This document shows, one piece after another, positions 49,968 to 61,141 of a stretch of 64,000 nucleotides of DNA. The notes under the pieces were generated by a model. It saw only the letters and a list, made by a program, of their open reading frames with translations, was not told where the DNA came from and did not search any database. This stretch comes from Endomicrobiia bacterium (GTDB lineage: Bacteria; Elusimicrobiota; Endomicrobiia; DTEH01), in the NCBI GenBank assembly GCA_025060535.1, contig JANXCA010000001.1, forward strand, positions 7,730 through 71,729, in the 5' to 3' direction. A program made the translations under genes and the position numbers. Position 1 is the first letter of the stretch. Every line of letters starts with the position of its first letter.

Positions 49968-50764
49968 ACAAATTTCTTCATTATTTCTCTTACTTTATCT
50001 AAATCTTCTTGTGTGTCCACAGAAATCGGACTTTTATCTACTAAAACTGTTTTAATTCTATAACCATTTTCTAATATTCTTAACTGCTCTAATTTCTCCA
50101 ATTTTTCTAAGGGACTCTGAGGTAATGATAAAAATTTAAACAAAAAATCTCTTTTATATCCATATACTCCAATATGTCTATAAAATCTATATTTATTTAA
50201 AATATCGTTATTAAAAGAAAAAGTAAAGTTTTCTATTTTAAACTCATCTCTTATAAAAGGAATTATAGATCTACTAAAATATAAAGCATAGTTTTTCTTA
50301 TCTACCACAACTTTAACAAAATTAATATTGAATAATTCACTAAAATAAGTAATTCTACAAATAGGTGTAACTATATGTAGGTGTTTATTTCTTTTAAGCT
50401 CTAATATTAATCGAGATAGAATATCCGAAGTAATCATTGGTTCATCTCCTTGAATATTCAAGACTATTGAACAAGGAATCTTTTTTGCAACCTCTGCTAC
50501 TCTGTCAGAACCACTTTTGTGATGTCTAGATGTCATCATTACATCCCCACCAAATTTTTTAACTATATCATAAATCCTTATATCATCCGTAGCTACTACC
50601 ACTTTATCTATCAACTTACACCTCTTTGTATTCTCATAAACCCACTGAATCATCGGTTTATCATTTATCAACGCCAAAGGTTTACCTGGTAATCTAACTG
50701 AATTATATCTAGCTGGAATAACAGCTAAAACTTTAATTTTTTTTCTATTTAAATTTTTAATCAT
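49964..50764 (-). CDS. kdsB: 3-deoxy-manno-octulosonate cytidylyltransferase
   Basis: IPARYNSVRLPGKPL, QGDEP, ALYFSR, EKLEQLR. Confidence 0.96.
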   Translation of the reverse strand: MIKNLNRKKIKVLAVIPARYNSVRLPGKPLALINDKPMIQWVYENTKRCKLIDKVVVATDDIRIYDIVKKFGGDVMMTSRHHKSGSDRVAEVAKKIPCSIVLNIQGDEPMITSDILSRLILELKRNKHLHIVTPICRITYFSELFNINFVKVVVDKKNYALYFSRSIIPFIRDEFKIENFTFSFNNDILNKYRFYRHIGVYGYKRDFLFKFLSLPQSPLEKLEKLEQLRILENGYRIKTVLVDKSPISVDTQEDLDKVREIMKKFV

Positions 50765-50765
50765 C

Positions 50766-51797
50766 TTATCTTTTAATTATTCTTAAAATATCACTATAAG
50801 TAGCAAATAACAATAGTGAAAACAAAAATGTTAAACCAATTAAATTAGAAATCTCAAATAATTTCTTGGATGGCAATTTTTTAGTAATAGCCTCAAGAAA
50901 ACAAAACATTACATGTCCTCCATCTAATACAGGTATAGGAAATAAATTAAACAAAGCTAGCATTGAAGAAATTACTCCTACAGTATACAAAAAATTTTCT
51001 AATCCAGCTTTAGCTGCTTTAGATAAAACCTGAACTATACCTACTGGACCTGCTATTTCGGGTTTTTGAAATTTAATTATTTTGTCTATTAAATACTTAA
51101 CAGAAAAAATACTTAAAAATATAGGTTGATAAACTGCCATCTTAAGAGACTCTATAAAATTCACTTTCTCCACTTTATAACCAGGAGTAATACCTATTAT
51201 TCCTTTCTTTGTTGTGGGATCTTCCTCAGGAATTATTTCAAAATATAATATATTATTATTTCTCAATACTTTTAATAAAATCTTTTTTCCAGCTGAATTG
51301 TGAATTACTTCTGCTAATTTAGACCATGAGTTAATTTCTATATCATTAACTTTTAAGATTCTATCATTTTGTTTTAAACCTACAACAGCCGCTGGTTTGC
51401 CCTCAATTACTTCTCCTATTACCGGTTCATCTGAAATTACTGTTAAACCAAAAAAATACAACAACATAAAAAAAATTATTACTGCCAATACATAATTCAT
51501 AAATGGTCCCATAACAACTACTAACATTCTTTGATACCATTTTTTACCAAAAAAGCTATCACTTTCAGTATCAAGTTCTTCTATGTTTTCTCCTTTTAAT
51601 CTTACTGCTCCACCTAGAGGGAGTAAACATAAAGAGTATCTAGTCTCCCCTATTGTCTTTCCTATAATTTCTTTACCTAGACCAAAACAAAATTGTAAAA
51701 CTTTGATTTTTAATATCTTAGCTATTATAAAATGTCCAAACTCATGAAAAAAAATTAATAAACCAAAAGCAAAAATTATAAGTAGTACTGTTAACAT
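50766..51797 (-). CDS. rseP: RIP metalloprotease RseP
   Basis: HEFGH, PDZ domain, NLFPIPVLDGG. Confidence 0.95.
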   Translation of the reverse strand: MLTVLLIIFAFGLLIFFHEFGHFIIAKILKIKVLQFCFGLGKEIIGKTIGETRYSLCLLPLGGAVRLKGENIEELDTESDSFFGKKWYQRMLVVVMGPFMNYVLAVIIFFMLLYFFGLTVISDEPVIGEVIEGKPAAVVGLKQNDRILKVNDIEINSWSKLAEVIHNSAGKKILLKVLRNNNILYFEIIPEEDPTTKKGIIGITPGYKVEKVNFIESLKMAVYQPIFLSIFSVKYLIDKIIKFQKPEIAGPVGIVQVLSKAAKAGLENFLYTVGVISSMLALFNLFPIPVLDGGHVMFCFLEAITKKLPSKKLFEISNLIGLTFLFSLLLFATYSDILRIIKR

Positions 51798-51801
51798 CTT
51801 T

Positions 51802-52947
51802 TTACTTCCTTTCTTTCAAAAATTTTTTATTTAAATACTCTCTTGTAATTTTATCTAAATTAAGTATATCATTCAAAGATTGTATTTTAATAGGTTTATG
51901 TTCTTCTATTATCTTTGAAAGAATCTTATATATCTCATCAAATTCTATTTCTCTATTTAAAAACTTCTCAACCAAAACTTCATTTGCAGCGTTAAATACA
52001 ACCAAATAACTATGTTCTTGATTAATAGCTATATTTAAAATCAATTTCAATAGTGGAAATTTTTTATAATCAACATTATAAAACTCTAAACGGTTTAAAT
52101 CATAAAGTGATAAAGTATTAGAAAAATTTTCTATTCTTTTATTCAAACACATACCTAATGCATAAGATATAGGTATGCACATATCCGGGCAAAATAATAC
52201 AGCTTTTATATTACCATCTATAAACTCTACTAATGAATGAACAATTGATTGAGGATGTATAATTATGTCTATATTTCTGTAAGGAATATCAAACAAAAAA
52301 TGAGCTTCAATATACTCAAATCCTTTATTAACTAATGTGGCAGAATCAACAGAAATTTTTTTTCCCATTTTCCACACAGGATGTAATGTAATTTTTTCTG
52401 GGGTTTTATCTTTTATATTTTTTTTAAATAATGGACCTCCTGAAGCAGTTAAAATTACCCTTTTTATATCCTCTTTTCTTTCATTATTTATACATTGTAA
52501 AATTGCAATATGTTCACTATCTATAGGAATAAGAGAAATTTTATTTTTTCTTATTTTTTTTATTAATAGATTACCACCTACCACTATCGTTTCTTTATTG
52601 GCTATGGCTATATTTTTTATTTTTTTATCAATAGCATAAAAAGTAGGTTTTAAACCGCCTATACCCACTATTGCATTTACTAATATGTCTGGCTTTGTTT
52701 TATCTATTAATTCTAAAATACCCTCCTCTCCCCAAAAAACTTTTTTATTTTTACAAGAAAAAACTTTAGCATTTCTTTCTACTACACAAACATATGGAAC
52801 TTTAAAATCTTTCGCTTGTTGTTCTAATAATTCTAAGTTACTTTTAGAAGATAAACCTACAACTTCAAAGTACTTTTTATTTTTAGAAATTACATTCAAA
52901 ACATTTTTGCCAATAGATCCAGTCGAACCTAAAATTAAAACTTTCAT
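51802..52947 (-). CDS. dxr: 1-deoxy-D-xylulose-5-phosphate reductoisomerase
   Basis: LGSTGSIG, ANKE, PIDSEH, HPVWKMGKKISVDSAT, NAANE. Confidence 0.97.
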   Translation of the reverse strand: MKVLILGSTGSIGKNVLNVISKNKKYFEVVGLSSKSNLELLEQQAKDFKVPYVCVVERNAKVFSCKNKKVFWGEEGILELIDKTKPDILVNAIVGIGGLKPTFYAIDKKIKNIAIANKETIVVGGNLLIKKIRKNKISLIPIDSEHIAILQCINNERKEDIKRVILTASGGPLFKKNIKDKTPEKITLHPVWKMGKKISVDSATLVNKGFEYIEAHFLFDIPYRNIDIIIHPQSIVHSLVEFIDGNIKAVLFCPDMCIPISYALGMCLNKRIENFSNTLSLYDLNRLEFYNVDYKKFPLLKLILNIAINQEHSYLVVFNAANEVLVEKFLNREIEFDEIYKILSKIIEEHKPIKIQSLNDILNLDKITREYLNKKFLKERK

Positions 52948-53778
52948 TTATTTTGATTTCAAAAAAAACAATATCAAATAATAAAAAATTGGCGATGTAA
53001 ATAAAAAACTATCAAACCTATCCATCATACCTCCATGACCAAATAACAAATCATCAGAATCTTTAAAACCACAGTCTCTCTTTATAAGTGATTCAGTTAA
53101 ATCTGATATAGTAATAAGAGGAGTTATTATAATAGCAACTAACATTAATTCTTTAAACGAAATAACCATATCCATCTGAAATACTCTACAAAAGAACAAA
53201 AATCCAAGTATCCCAAAAATAATACTGCTTACAAAACCCACTATAGTTTTTTTAGGACTTACAACTGAAGCAAGTTTTTTTTTACCGAAAATAGAACCAA
53301 AAAAATATGAAGAATTATCTGCTATCCATATGGTAAAAAACAAAATATATGTGAGTTTCATCCCATAATTTTTAATATCTCTTATAAGATAAAGATGTGA
53401 TAAACACCAAGCAAAAAAAAATGGAAAAAGAAAACTAACACTTATTTTTCCTACAGCACCTAACGGTTTTTGTCTTATAATCTCTAATAGACTTATAAAA
53501 AGCAAAATTAAAGTAATGTTTGTAGAAGTAAAATAAATCGATAATTTACTAAATTGAATATGTTCAAGTATTATAGAAAAAAACACAACCACACCTACCA
53601 AAAATGCAATGAATCCAGAAATTTCATAACCTACTTTATTTACCATATATACAAATTCTTTTAAAATATAAATTAAAATTATTAATAAAAATAATAAAAA
53701 TAAAAAATTTCCATAATATATACTTATTATTGCTATTGGTATACCAAAAACACCAACTAATATTCTTGGTAACAACAT
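52948..53778 (-). CDS. cdsA: Phosphatidate cytidylyltransferase
   Basis: SPKKT, DLTESLIKR, GHGGMMDRFDS. Confidence 0.94.
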   Translation of the reverse strand: MLLPRILVGVFGIPIAIISIYYGNFLFLLFLLIILIYILKEFVYMVNKVGYEISGFIAFLVGVVVFFSIILEHIQFSKLSIYFTSTNITLILLFISLLEIIRQKPLGAVGKISVSFLFPFFFAWCLSHLYLIRDIKNYGMKLTYILFFTIWIADNSSYFFGSIFGKKKLASVVSPKKTIVGFVSSIIFGILGFLFFCRVFQMDMVISFKELMLVAIIITPLITISDLTESLIKRDCGFKDSDDLLFGHGGMMDRFDSFLFTSPIFYYLILFFLKSK

Positions 53779-53812
53779 TATATTACTTATACCTCACATG
53801 CTAAAACTATTT

Positions 53813-54529
53813 TTATTCTGGTATTCTTCCAAATCTTCTTTCTCTATTTTGAAAATCCTTTATAGCTAAAACAAATTCTTCAGGTGTAAAATCAGGCCAA
53901 AGTGTTTTTGTAAAGTAAAGCTCAGTATAAGCTAACTGCCACAACATAAAATTTGAAATTCTTAACTCACCAGAAGTGCGTATTAAAAAATCTAGTTCTG
54001 GAAGATCTTTGGTATATAAAAATTTTTCAAACTTTTCTTCATCTATTTTCTTAATTCCAGAATTTAAAATTTTATTAACAGCATTAATAATTTCAGAACG
54101 GCCACTATAGTTAATACATAAATTTAAAATTAATCCTGTATTATTTTTAAGCTTCTCCTCTAACTTCTTTAACATATTCCTTGTAACTTCATCTAATTTA
54201 GAAATATCACCACTAATTAAAACTTTTATATTATTCTTCAATAAATTATTTTCTTCTTTTTTTATATAATTTCTTAGTAATTTAAACAAATTTTTAATCT
54301 CATCTTTGGGCCGTTGCCAGTTTTCAGTAGAAAAAGCAAAAAGAGAAAGACACTTTATGCCTAATTTAACAGAAGTCTCTGTTATTAATTTAACTGTCTT
54401 TGCACCTGCCTTATGTCCAAAAATCCTAGGCAACCCCCTCTTTTGTGCCCATCGACCATTTCCATCCATTATTATCCCAACATGTCTTGGAATTTTATCT
54501 TCATCTAATTCAATACCTAAAAATTTCAT
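53813..54529 (-). CDS. uppS: Undecaprenyl diphosphate synthase
   Basis: IIMDGNGRWA, FSTENW, IRTSGELRISNF. Confidence 0.97.
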   Translation of the reverse strand: MKFLGIELDEDKIPRHVGIIMDGNGRWAQKRGLPRIFGHKAGAKTVKLITETSVKLGIKCLSLFAFSTENWQRPKDEIKNLFKLLRNYIKKEENNLLKNNIKVLISGDISKLDEVTRNMLKKLEEKLKNNTGLILNLCINYSGRSEIINAVNKILNSGIKKIDEEKFEKFLYTKDLPELDFLIRTSGELRISNFMLWQLAYTELYFTKTLWPDFTPEEFVLAIKDFQNRERRFGRIPE

Positions 54530-54538
54530 TACTTAAAA

Positions 54539-55096
54539 TTAACTCTCCATTATTTCCTTAACTTTCTGTTTTAACAATTCATCAATTTTACCTATATAAG
54601 TCTCTGTAATTTTTTGAATTTGTTGTTCTGCATGTCTCTCTTCATCTTCAGAAATCTTTTTGTCTTTTTTTAATTGACGAAGTTGTTCTATCGCAGACCT
54701 TCTTTCGTTCCTGATAGCTATACGAAAATCTTCAGCTAATTTATTTACTTGCCTAACCAACTCTTGCCGTCTTTCATCAGTAAGAGCAGGAACCGTAATT
54801 TTTATCACTTTACCATCATTAATAGGTGTAAGACCTAACGGAGAATTCAAAATAGCTTTTTCTATATTCACTAAATTATTACTATCCCAAGGTTTTATTT
54901 CTATAATCTTACCATCTATTATATTAATGTTACTTATCTGATTTAACTTCATTTTAGAATTATAACACTCTACTTCTATGTTCTCAACCAAACTTATAGA
55001 TGCTCTACCAGTCCTTATGCTTAAAAACTCAGTTTTACACTTTTCTGTTGTCTTCTTCATTAACTCTTCTGTTTTAACAAAAAGTTCTTTAATCAT
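54539..55096 (-). CDS. frr: Ribosome recycling factor
   Basis: IRTGRA, LTDERRQEL, IRNERR. Confidence 0.96.
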   Translation of the reverse strand: MIKELFVKTEELMKKTTEKCKTEFLSIRTGRASISLVENIEVECYNSKMKLNQISNINIIDGKIIEIKPWDSNNLVNIEKAILNSPLGLTPINDGKVIKITVPALTDERRQELVRQVNKLAEDFRIAIRNERRSAIEQLRQLKKDKKISEDEERHAEQQIQKITETYIGKIDELLKQKVKEIMES

Positions 55097-55118
55097 AAAA
55101 CTTTACCTCCATCAAAAA

Positions 55119-55820
55119 TTAAATAATAGAGGTACCTACATCTTCGCCTCTTATAACTTTTATGAGATTTCCCTCCTTATAGAGATTAAAAACCTTAACA
55201 GGAAGATTGTTTTCCATACATAAAGAAAAAGCAGTCGTATCCATTATCTTTAAACCCTTGTTAATTGCTTCTATAAAAGTAAGTTTTTTATATTTTTTAG
55301 CTTTTGGATTCTTTTTGGGATCATCATCATATACTCCATCCACTTGTGTAGCTTTAAGTAAAACTTCTGCACCTATCTCTACAGCTCTCAAAGCTGCTGT
55401 AGTATCTGTAGTAAAATAAGGATTTCCCGTACCTGCTGCAAATATCACAATTCTTCCTTTTTCTAAATGCCTTATAGCCCTTCTTCTTATGTAAGGCTCT
55501 GCTATTTTAGGCATCTCAATCGCTGACATAACCCTCGTGTGAAGCCCAACTGACTCCAATACAGACTGAAGTGCTAACGCATTTATCACAGTAGCCAACA
55601 TTCCCATATAATCTGCTGTTGTACGTTCTATAAAGTCAATATTTTTACCTCTAAGAATATTACCAGCACCTACTACTATACCAAGCTGTACTTTATATTT
55701 AGTTACAACTTCTTTTATTTCTTTTGCTACTTCATTCAAAGATTCTTTAGAAATACCTATATTTAAAGGCTTCTCTCCAATACTTTCTCCTGATATTTTA
55801 AGAATTACTCTTTTATACAT
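55119..55820 (-). CDS. pyrH: UMP kinase
   Basis: [24 protein letters not shown]. Confidence 0.97.
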   Translation of the reverse strand: MYKRVILKISGESIGEKPLNIGISKESLNEVAKEIKEVVTKYKVQLGIVVGAGNILRGKNIDFIERTTADYMGMLATVINALALQSVLESVGLHTRVMSAIEMPKIAEPYIRRRAIRHLEKGRIVIFAAGTGNPYFTTDTTAALRAVEIGAEVLLKATQVDGVYDDDPKKNPKAKKYKKLTFIEAINKGLKIMDTTAFSLCMENNLPVKVFNLYKEGNLIKVIRGEDVGTSII

Positions 55821-55920
55821 AAGTTTTTTTATTACTCCTATTTTTAAAATATAATGACAAGAAAATTATAAGGAAAGAATAGTTAGGATTTTCCTCTTCC
55901 ATTATAGCATAATTAAATAT

Positions 55921-56556
55921 TTAATTTAATTCTTCACCTAATACATATCTTACAAATCTACGAATAGTAATATTTTCTTGAAGCTTTGAAATTGCTTGAA
56001 GTATTAAGTCCTTAACTTTTTGTTTACCTTGCGTATCCCTAATGTATGGCTGTTCTAAAAGACATGTTTCTTCATAAAATTTCGTTAATCTTCCTTCAAT
56101 TATCTTGTCTAAAACATCTTCAGGTTTATCCTTATATTTATCTTCTAAAAGCAATTGTTTTTTATATATCTCTTTCTCTTTTTCTAATACTTCTTTAGGA
56201 ACATCTTCTTTTTTTATCCATTTAGGATTACAAGCTGCAATCTGCATGCACAACTCTTTAGCTAAATTCCTAAACTCTTCAGTTCTAGCTACAAAGTCAG
56301 TTTCGCAGTTGAGTTCTAGTAAGACACCTATTCTGTCTCCTGGATGAATATATGAAGTAATGATCCCGTTACTTCCATGTTTCTCTGAAACTTTTGATAA
56401 AGCCTTTACTACACCTCGTTCTCTTAATAAAACTATCGCTTTTTCCATATCATAATTTGCCTCTTCTAATGCTTTCTTGCATTCTAAAAAACCAGCACCT
56501 GTAACGTTTCTAAGTCTCTGGATAAGTTTCACTTGATTTACATTATCACTAACCAT
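55921..56556 (-). CDS. tsf: Elongation factor Ts (short form, 211 aa); start set at ATG 56556
   Basis: LRNVTGAGFLECKKAL, ELNCETDFVA; GGAGG precedes ATG 56556, and this start avoids overlap with rpsB. Confidence 0.96.
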   Translation of the reverse strand: MVSDNVNQVKLIQRLRNVTGAGFLECKKALEEANYDMEKAIVLLRERGVVKALSKVSEKHGSNGIITSYIHPGDRIGVLLELNCETDFVARTEEFRNLAKELCMQIAACNPKWIKKEDVPKEVLEKEKEIYKKQLLLEDKYKDKPEDVLDKIIEGRLTKFYEETCLLEQPYIRDTQGKQKVKDLILQAISKLQENITIRRFVRYVLGEELN

Positions 56557-56575
56557 TTCTGATAACCTCCTAAAA

Positions 56576-57349
56576 TCATTTTGATAAATCAATATTTTTA
56601 GATAACTCTTCTTCAGAAATTGGTTCAAAAACAGGAACTTCTTCTGATGTAGCTCCCTGTTGAGATGATTTTTGTCTTCCTTCTATCACTGCATCTGCAA
56701 TAGTAGAACAAATAAACTTAATAGACCTTATAGCATCATCATTGGCAGGAATTGGATAGTCAACTAAATCAGGATCAGAATCTGTATCACATATAGCTAC
56801 AATAGGTATTCCCATTCTTTTTGCTTCTTTTACTGCAATATATTCATATGTAATATCAACAATAAAAACCACATCTGGCAAACTTTCCATATTTCTTATT
56901 CCCTCTAACATCTTTTGCAATTTCATCATCTTTTTTATCTTTATTTTTGCTTCTTTCTTTTTTAATTTCTCGAATAATCCTTGCTGTTGCATTTCTTCAA
57001 GTTCTTGCAATTTTTTAATAGACTTTCTAATTGTCTCAAAATTAGTTAATGTACCAGGAAGCCATTTATAACTTACAAAATATGCACCACAACGTTCAGC
57101 TTCCTGTTTTAGAGCTTGTTGTGCTTGAGGTTTAGTACCCACAAAAAGAATTTTCTTATTTTCAGCAGCAGCATCTCTCACAAAACTGTATGCTCTTTTT
57201 AATTCTCTTATTGTTTTTTGCAAATCCAGAATATGAATTTTATTCCTTGCACCAAAAATATAACGTTTCATTTTGGGGTTCCATTTTCTTGTCTGATGAC
57301 CAAAATGGACCCCTGCTTCTAATAATGTTTTTAAAGTAACATTTATCAT
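56576..57349 (-). CDS. rpsB: 30S ribosomal protein S2
   Basis: LLEAGVHFGHQTRKWNPKM, PANDDAIRS. Confidence 0.99.
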   Translation of the reverse strand: MINVTLKTLLEAGVHFGHQTRKWNPKMKRYIFGARNKIHILDLQKTIRELKRAYSFVRDAAAENKKILFVGTKPQAQQALKQEAERCGAYFVSYKWLPGTLTNFETIRKSIKKLQELEEMQQQGLFEKLKKKEAKIKIKKMMKLQKMLEGIRNMESLPDVVFIVDITYEYIAVKEAKRMGIPIVAICDTDSDPDLVDYPIPANDDAIRSIKFICSTIADAVIEGRQKSSQQGATSEEVPVFEPISEEELSKNIDLSK

Positions 57350-57421
57350 CTCTTTCTCCTTCTTTTATTCTAAATTTAAATTAAATTTTAAATTATAAAA
57401 TTAAAATTTATTTTTCAAGAT

Positions 57422-58249
57422 TTAATTAAAAATTTTTAACTCCTCTTTAATAATAATCTTGGCATCTATACTTTTGGTAGGACATTTTGCCTTACAAATT
57501 CCACAATTATTACATTTATTATATTTCATAATTGCCAAATTATTCTCTAAGTATATATCCGAAACAGGACAAGCTTTAACACATATTCCACAACCTATAC
57601 AACCCACAGAACAAATCTGTTTAACTTTTACTCCTTTATCCCTTGAATTACAAAGAATATGCACTTTATAATTACAAGGTACCAACCTAATCAGTTTTTT
57701 TGGACAAACTTTGACACAAAGACCACAACCTGTGCATTTTAAAACATCTACTTCAGCAACATTATATTCATTAATAAAAATAGCTCCAAAAGGACATACT
57801 TCTACACAATCGCCAAATCCTAAACATCCATATTTGCAAGCTTTTTCCCCTTCAAAAAATTTATTAGAAATATCACATTTTTTAATCCCAGTATAAACAA
57901 ATTCATTCTTTGCTCTGTTACCTCCAGCACATAATACTACTGCTACTAATCTCTGAAGATCTTTAACTTCTTTTCCTAAAATACTTGCTATTTTTTTACT
58001 TACTTCATCACCACCAGGTCTGCACAAATTAATCTCAACATTATCTTTAACAATTGCTTCAGCATACTGTTCACAACCTGCATAACCACAAGCTCCACAG
58101 TTTGCTCCAGGAAGAACCGAAAGAATGTATTCTTTTTTGGGATCTTCTTCTACTTTAAACTTTTTTGCAGCAAAACCAAGAAGTATTGCTATAATAACAC
58201 TACAACTACCCATAACTACTAAAGATTGTAATACTATATTTTCACTCAT
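57422..58249 (-). CDS. rnfB: Rnf complex subunit B
   Basis: N-terminal TM, LPGANCGACGYAGC, multiple CxxCxxCxxxCP motifs. Confidence 0.95.
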   Translation of the reverse strand: MSENIVLQSLVVMGSCSVIIAILLGFAAKKFKVEEDPKKEYILSVLPGANCGACGYAGCEQYAEAIVKDNVEINLCRPGGDEVSKKIASILGKEVKDLQRLVAVVLCAGGNRAKNEFVYTGIKKCDISNKFFEGEKACKYGCLGFGDCVEVCPFGAIFINEYNVAEVDVLKCTGCGLCVKVCPKKLIRLVPCNYKVHILCNSRDKGVKVKQICSVGCIGCGICVKACPVSDIYLENNLAIMKYNKCNNCGICKAKCPTKSIDAKIIIKEELKIFN

Positions 58250-58258
58250 AGCAACCTC

Positions 58259-58846
58259 TTAAAATCCAAATAAGCCAATAAACCCCATAAATGATAAAGA
58301 CATTAGTGCTGAAGTCACAAAAACAATTCCATAACCTTTAACTGCGTTAGGTAATGGAGCTAACTCTAATTTTTCTCTTATGGAAGAAAAAAGAATTATT
58401 GCTAAAGTATATCCTATTGCTGTGCCAGAAGAAAAAACAACTGTTTGAAGAAGGTTATATTGATAATCTACAATAAGAAAAGCAACCGCTAATATAGCAC
58501 AGTTAGTGGTAATCAAAGGTAAATATATCCCTAATGCTTTAAATAGTGCAGGAAGCACTTTCTTCATAAATAATTCTACAAGTTGAACTAAAGAGGAAAT
58601 TATTAATATAAAAACAATTATTTTTAAAAACTCTAAATTTAAAGGCAACAATACATAGTTATATAATAACCAAGATACTACAGCTGCTAAATTCATTACA
58701 AAAAACACTGCTGCAGACATTCCTAAAGCAGATGAAAATTTATTTGAAACGCCAAAAAAAGAACATAGGCCTAAAAACCTCATTAAAATTATGTTGTTTA
58801 CAAAAATAGAAGAAATAAAAATTCCTAATAAAGAAATTTTTTCCAT
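58259..58846 (-). CDS. rnfA: Rnf complex subunit A
   Basis: FLGLC, LGIYLPLITTNCAIL. Confidence 0.96.
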   Translation of the reverse strand: MEKISLLGIFISSIFVNNIILMRFLGLCSFFGVSNKFSSALGMSAAVFFVMNLAAVVSWLLYNYVLLPLNLEFLKIIVFILIISSLVQLVELFMKKVLPALFKALGIYLPLITTNCAILAVAFLIVDYQYNLLQTVVFSSGTAIGYTLAIILFSSIREKLELAPLPNAVKGYGIVFVTSALMSLSFMGFIGLFGF

Positions 58847-58850
58847 AAAT

Positions 58851-59522
58851 TTATAACTTCTCTTCTATACATTTTGATTTTAAAATGCATTTCTCACAAG
58901 CTGAAGGTAAATTACTTATTATTTTTGAAGTCTTTTTCAGTTTATTTTCTATATACTTAGTTATAGTTATCACAACACCTGCTACTAAAAACCCTCCAGG
59001 AGGAAGAATCATTATGACAGCTGGAGTTGAAAAAAATTCCTTTGAACCAAAAATACTACCCGAACCTAAAAATTCTCTAATTATTCCTAAGATTACTATT
59101 GCTAAAAAAAATCCACCACCCATACCTATTCCATCTACAAAAGAATAAAAAACATTATTCTTCGAAGCAAAAGCTTCGGCTCGTGCTAAAATTATACAAT
59201 TTACTACTATCAAAGGAATAAACACGCCTAAACTTTCAGATAATAAGGGAAAATATGCTTTTATAAGGTAATCTACAATTGTAGTAAATGTTGCTATAAC
59301 TACTATAAATATCGGTATTCTTATATTGTGAGGAATAATTTTTCTTATAAGTGAAATCAAAACATTTGAACAAGTAAGCACAAATGTAGCTGCAATTCCC
59401 ATACCAACAGCATCTCTTGCTGTAGTAGAACACGCCAAAAAAGGACACAGTCCTATCATCATTATAAGCACAGGGTTTTCTTTCAAAATCCCTCTTACTA
59501 ATATATCAAGTATTTTTTTCAT
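58851..59522 (-). CDS. rnfE: Rnf complex subunit E
   Basis: ENP, GLCP, FIPLIVVNCIIL, LPPGGF. Confidence 0.96.
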   Translation of the reverse strand: MKKILDILVRGILKENPVLIMMIGLCPFLACSTTARDAVGMGIAATFVLTCSNVLISLIRKIIPHNIRIPIFIVVIATFTTIVDYLIKAYFPLLSESLGVFIPLIVVNCIILARAEAFASKNNVFYSFVDGIGMGGGFFLAIVILGIIREFLGSGSIFGSKEFFSTPAVIMILPPGGFLVAGVVITITKYIENKLKKTSKIISNLPSACEKCILKSKCIEEKL

Positions 59523-60208
59523 TGTGATGTTTGTATGTCTTGAGTTATAGTAGAAGTAGATTGCTCAACATTTACTGTTCTTTTTATCTCGGTAGATAAA
59601 GTTGGTTTTTGAGATTTTAATTTTTGTCTTTGTTCTTCTTTTTGAATATTTGATAAACGAAATTTAATATAATTTTCCAAATTTATATCGGATAATAATT
59701 TATTTAAAGAATCTGTTAAAGCTCTTGAAGTAATAGTTGCACCTGTAATAGCATCTATTTTACCATCTGGATTATCTTTTTTTAACACTATCTCATAAGG
59801 TGCTTTATCAATAAACTGTGACAAAAATTTATCTTTCGTAATATTAGCTCCTAAACCTGGAGTTTCCTTATGAGACAAAATTTTAATTCCAACTATCTTT
59901 GGTGGTATTTCTAATTTAACACCTACTAAGTACTCTATAGTTCCTCCGTATCCTTTAGTTGTATTTTTTATTAATATACCAACAAGATTTTTGTTTACAT
60001 CATAACATTCTTCTATATCAAATCCATTTTCTAAGTTTTTCCCAATAAAGCTTTCTGCCTGAGGAATTATTAGTTTTTTAAGTTTTATTTCCTTATTAAT
60101 TTTATTTAACTGAATCTGTGGTTGCGTTTTAACATATAAAAATGATAAACTCAAAGCAGAAAAACAACAAACAATAAATAAAACTAATACCATCTTGAAA
60201 ATATTCAT
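59519..60208 (-). CDS. rnfG: Rnf complex subunit G
   Basis: GYGG, HKETPGLG, FMNylation motif DAITGATITS. Confidence 0.94.
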   Translation of the reverse strand: MNIFKMVLVLFIVCCFSALSLSFLYVKTQPQIQLNKINKEIKLKKLIIPQAESFIGKNLENGFDIEECYDVNKNLVGILIKNTTKGYGGTIEYLVGVKLEIPPKIVGIKILSHKETPGLGANITKDKFLSQFIDKAPYEIVLKKDNPDGKIDAITGATITSRALTDSLNKLLSDINLENYIKFRLSNIQKEEQRQKLKSQKPTLSTEIKRTVNVEQSTSTITQDIQTSQ

Positions 60209-61137
60209 ATTTTTCTATGACCAAATTTTTTACAAATTGTATACTCGTCTATCAAAGGAGTAAGAAGATTCATAAATAAAATTGAAAAACACACACCCTC
60301 TGGATAACTACCCCAGAAACGAATAGTGCAAGTAAGTAAACCACACATAATAGCAAATATAATTTTTCCTTTAGGAGTAATAGGAGTTGTAACTGGATCA
60401 GTAATCATAAAAATTCCACCTAAAAAAATTCCTCCACAAAACAAATAAATCAAAACATTTTTAATGTCTATTATCGCAGAAAATATACCAACTGTTAAGA
60501 TATATAAAATTGGGACAAATGGGTTTATGTGTTTTCTAATTACTAAATATAAATATCCTAATAAAAGTAAAACTACTGAGGTCTCACCAATACAACCTGG
60601 ATAGTTACCCCAAATAAGAGTTTGAATTGAAGGTATATCACTAACTTGTTGTGGAAAATGTTTTAAAATTGTAAGCGGAGTTGCTGAGGAAATACCATTT
60701 ATACTAAAATCTCCCATATTTTGTGGAAAAGCTATATGAATAAAGGCTCTACCCACCAAAGCAGGATTAAAAGGATTATGTCCTAATCCACCATAAAAGT
60801 GTTTCCCAAAAACAATAGCTACAAAACATCCAACAGCTACAATCCAAATCGGAATTTTTGGTGGTAAAGTATAAGCAAAAAGAATACCAGTAATAATACA
60901 ACTTAAATCGAACACTGTAGGTTTTTGTTTTCTTAAAAAGTTAACCAAAATTTCAAATAATATACAAAAAATTACTGAAGATATTATTATAATCAAAGCA
61001 TACATCCCAAAAAACATCACCGCACCCACTCCAGCAGGTACTAAAGCAAAAATTGTATCTCTCATCATTGTAGAAATGCTATGAGTTGCTCTTATATGAG
61101 GTGCTGGTGATATAAGATATATCTTTTCTTCTTGCAT
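60205..61137 (-). CDS. rnfD: Rnf complex subunit D
   Basis: PAPH, GGLGHNPFNPA, SSATPL (FMN Thr), GETS, TDPVTTP, YPEG. Confidence 0.96.
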   Translation of the reverse strand: MQEEKIYLISPAPHIRATHSISTMMRDTIFALVPAGVGAVMFFGMYALIIIISSVIFCILFEILVNFLRKQKPTVFDLSCIITGILFAYTLPPKIPIWIVAVGCFVAIVFGKHFYGGLGHNPFNPALVGRAFIHIAFPQNMGDFSINGISSATPLTILKHFPQQVSDIPSIQTLIWGNYPGCIGETSVVLLLLGYLYLVIRKHINPFVPILYILTVGIFSAIIDIKNVLIYLFCGGIFLGGIFMITDPVTTPITPKGKIIFAIMCGLLTCTIRFWGSYPEGVCFSILFMNLLTPLIDEYTICKKFGHRKI

Positions 61138-61141
61138 ATTA

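Noticed and set aside
55875..55917. Imperfect hairpin between tsf and pyrH
   Set aside because: The stem is bulged with a large loop and a weak U-tract, so it cannot be called a terminator.
56557..56628. N-terminal extension of EF-Ts in the ORF track
   Set aside because: It overlaps rpsB, and a strong SD supports ATG 56556.
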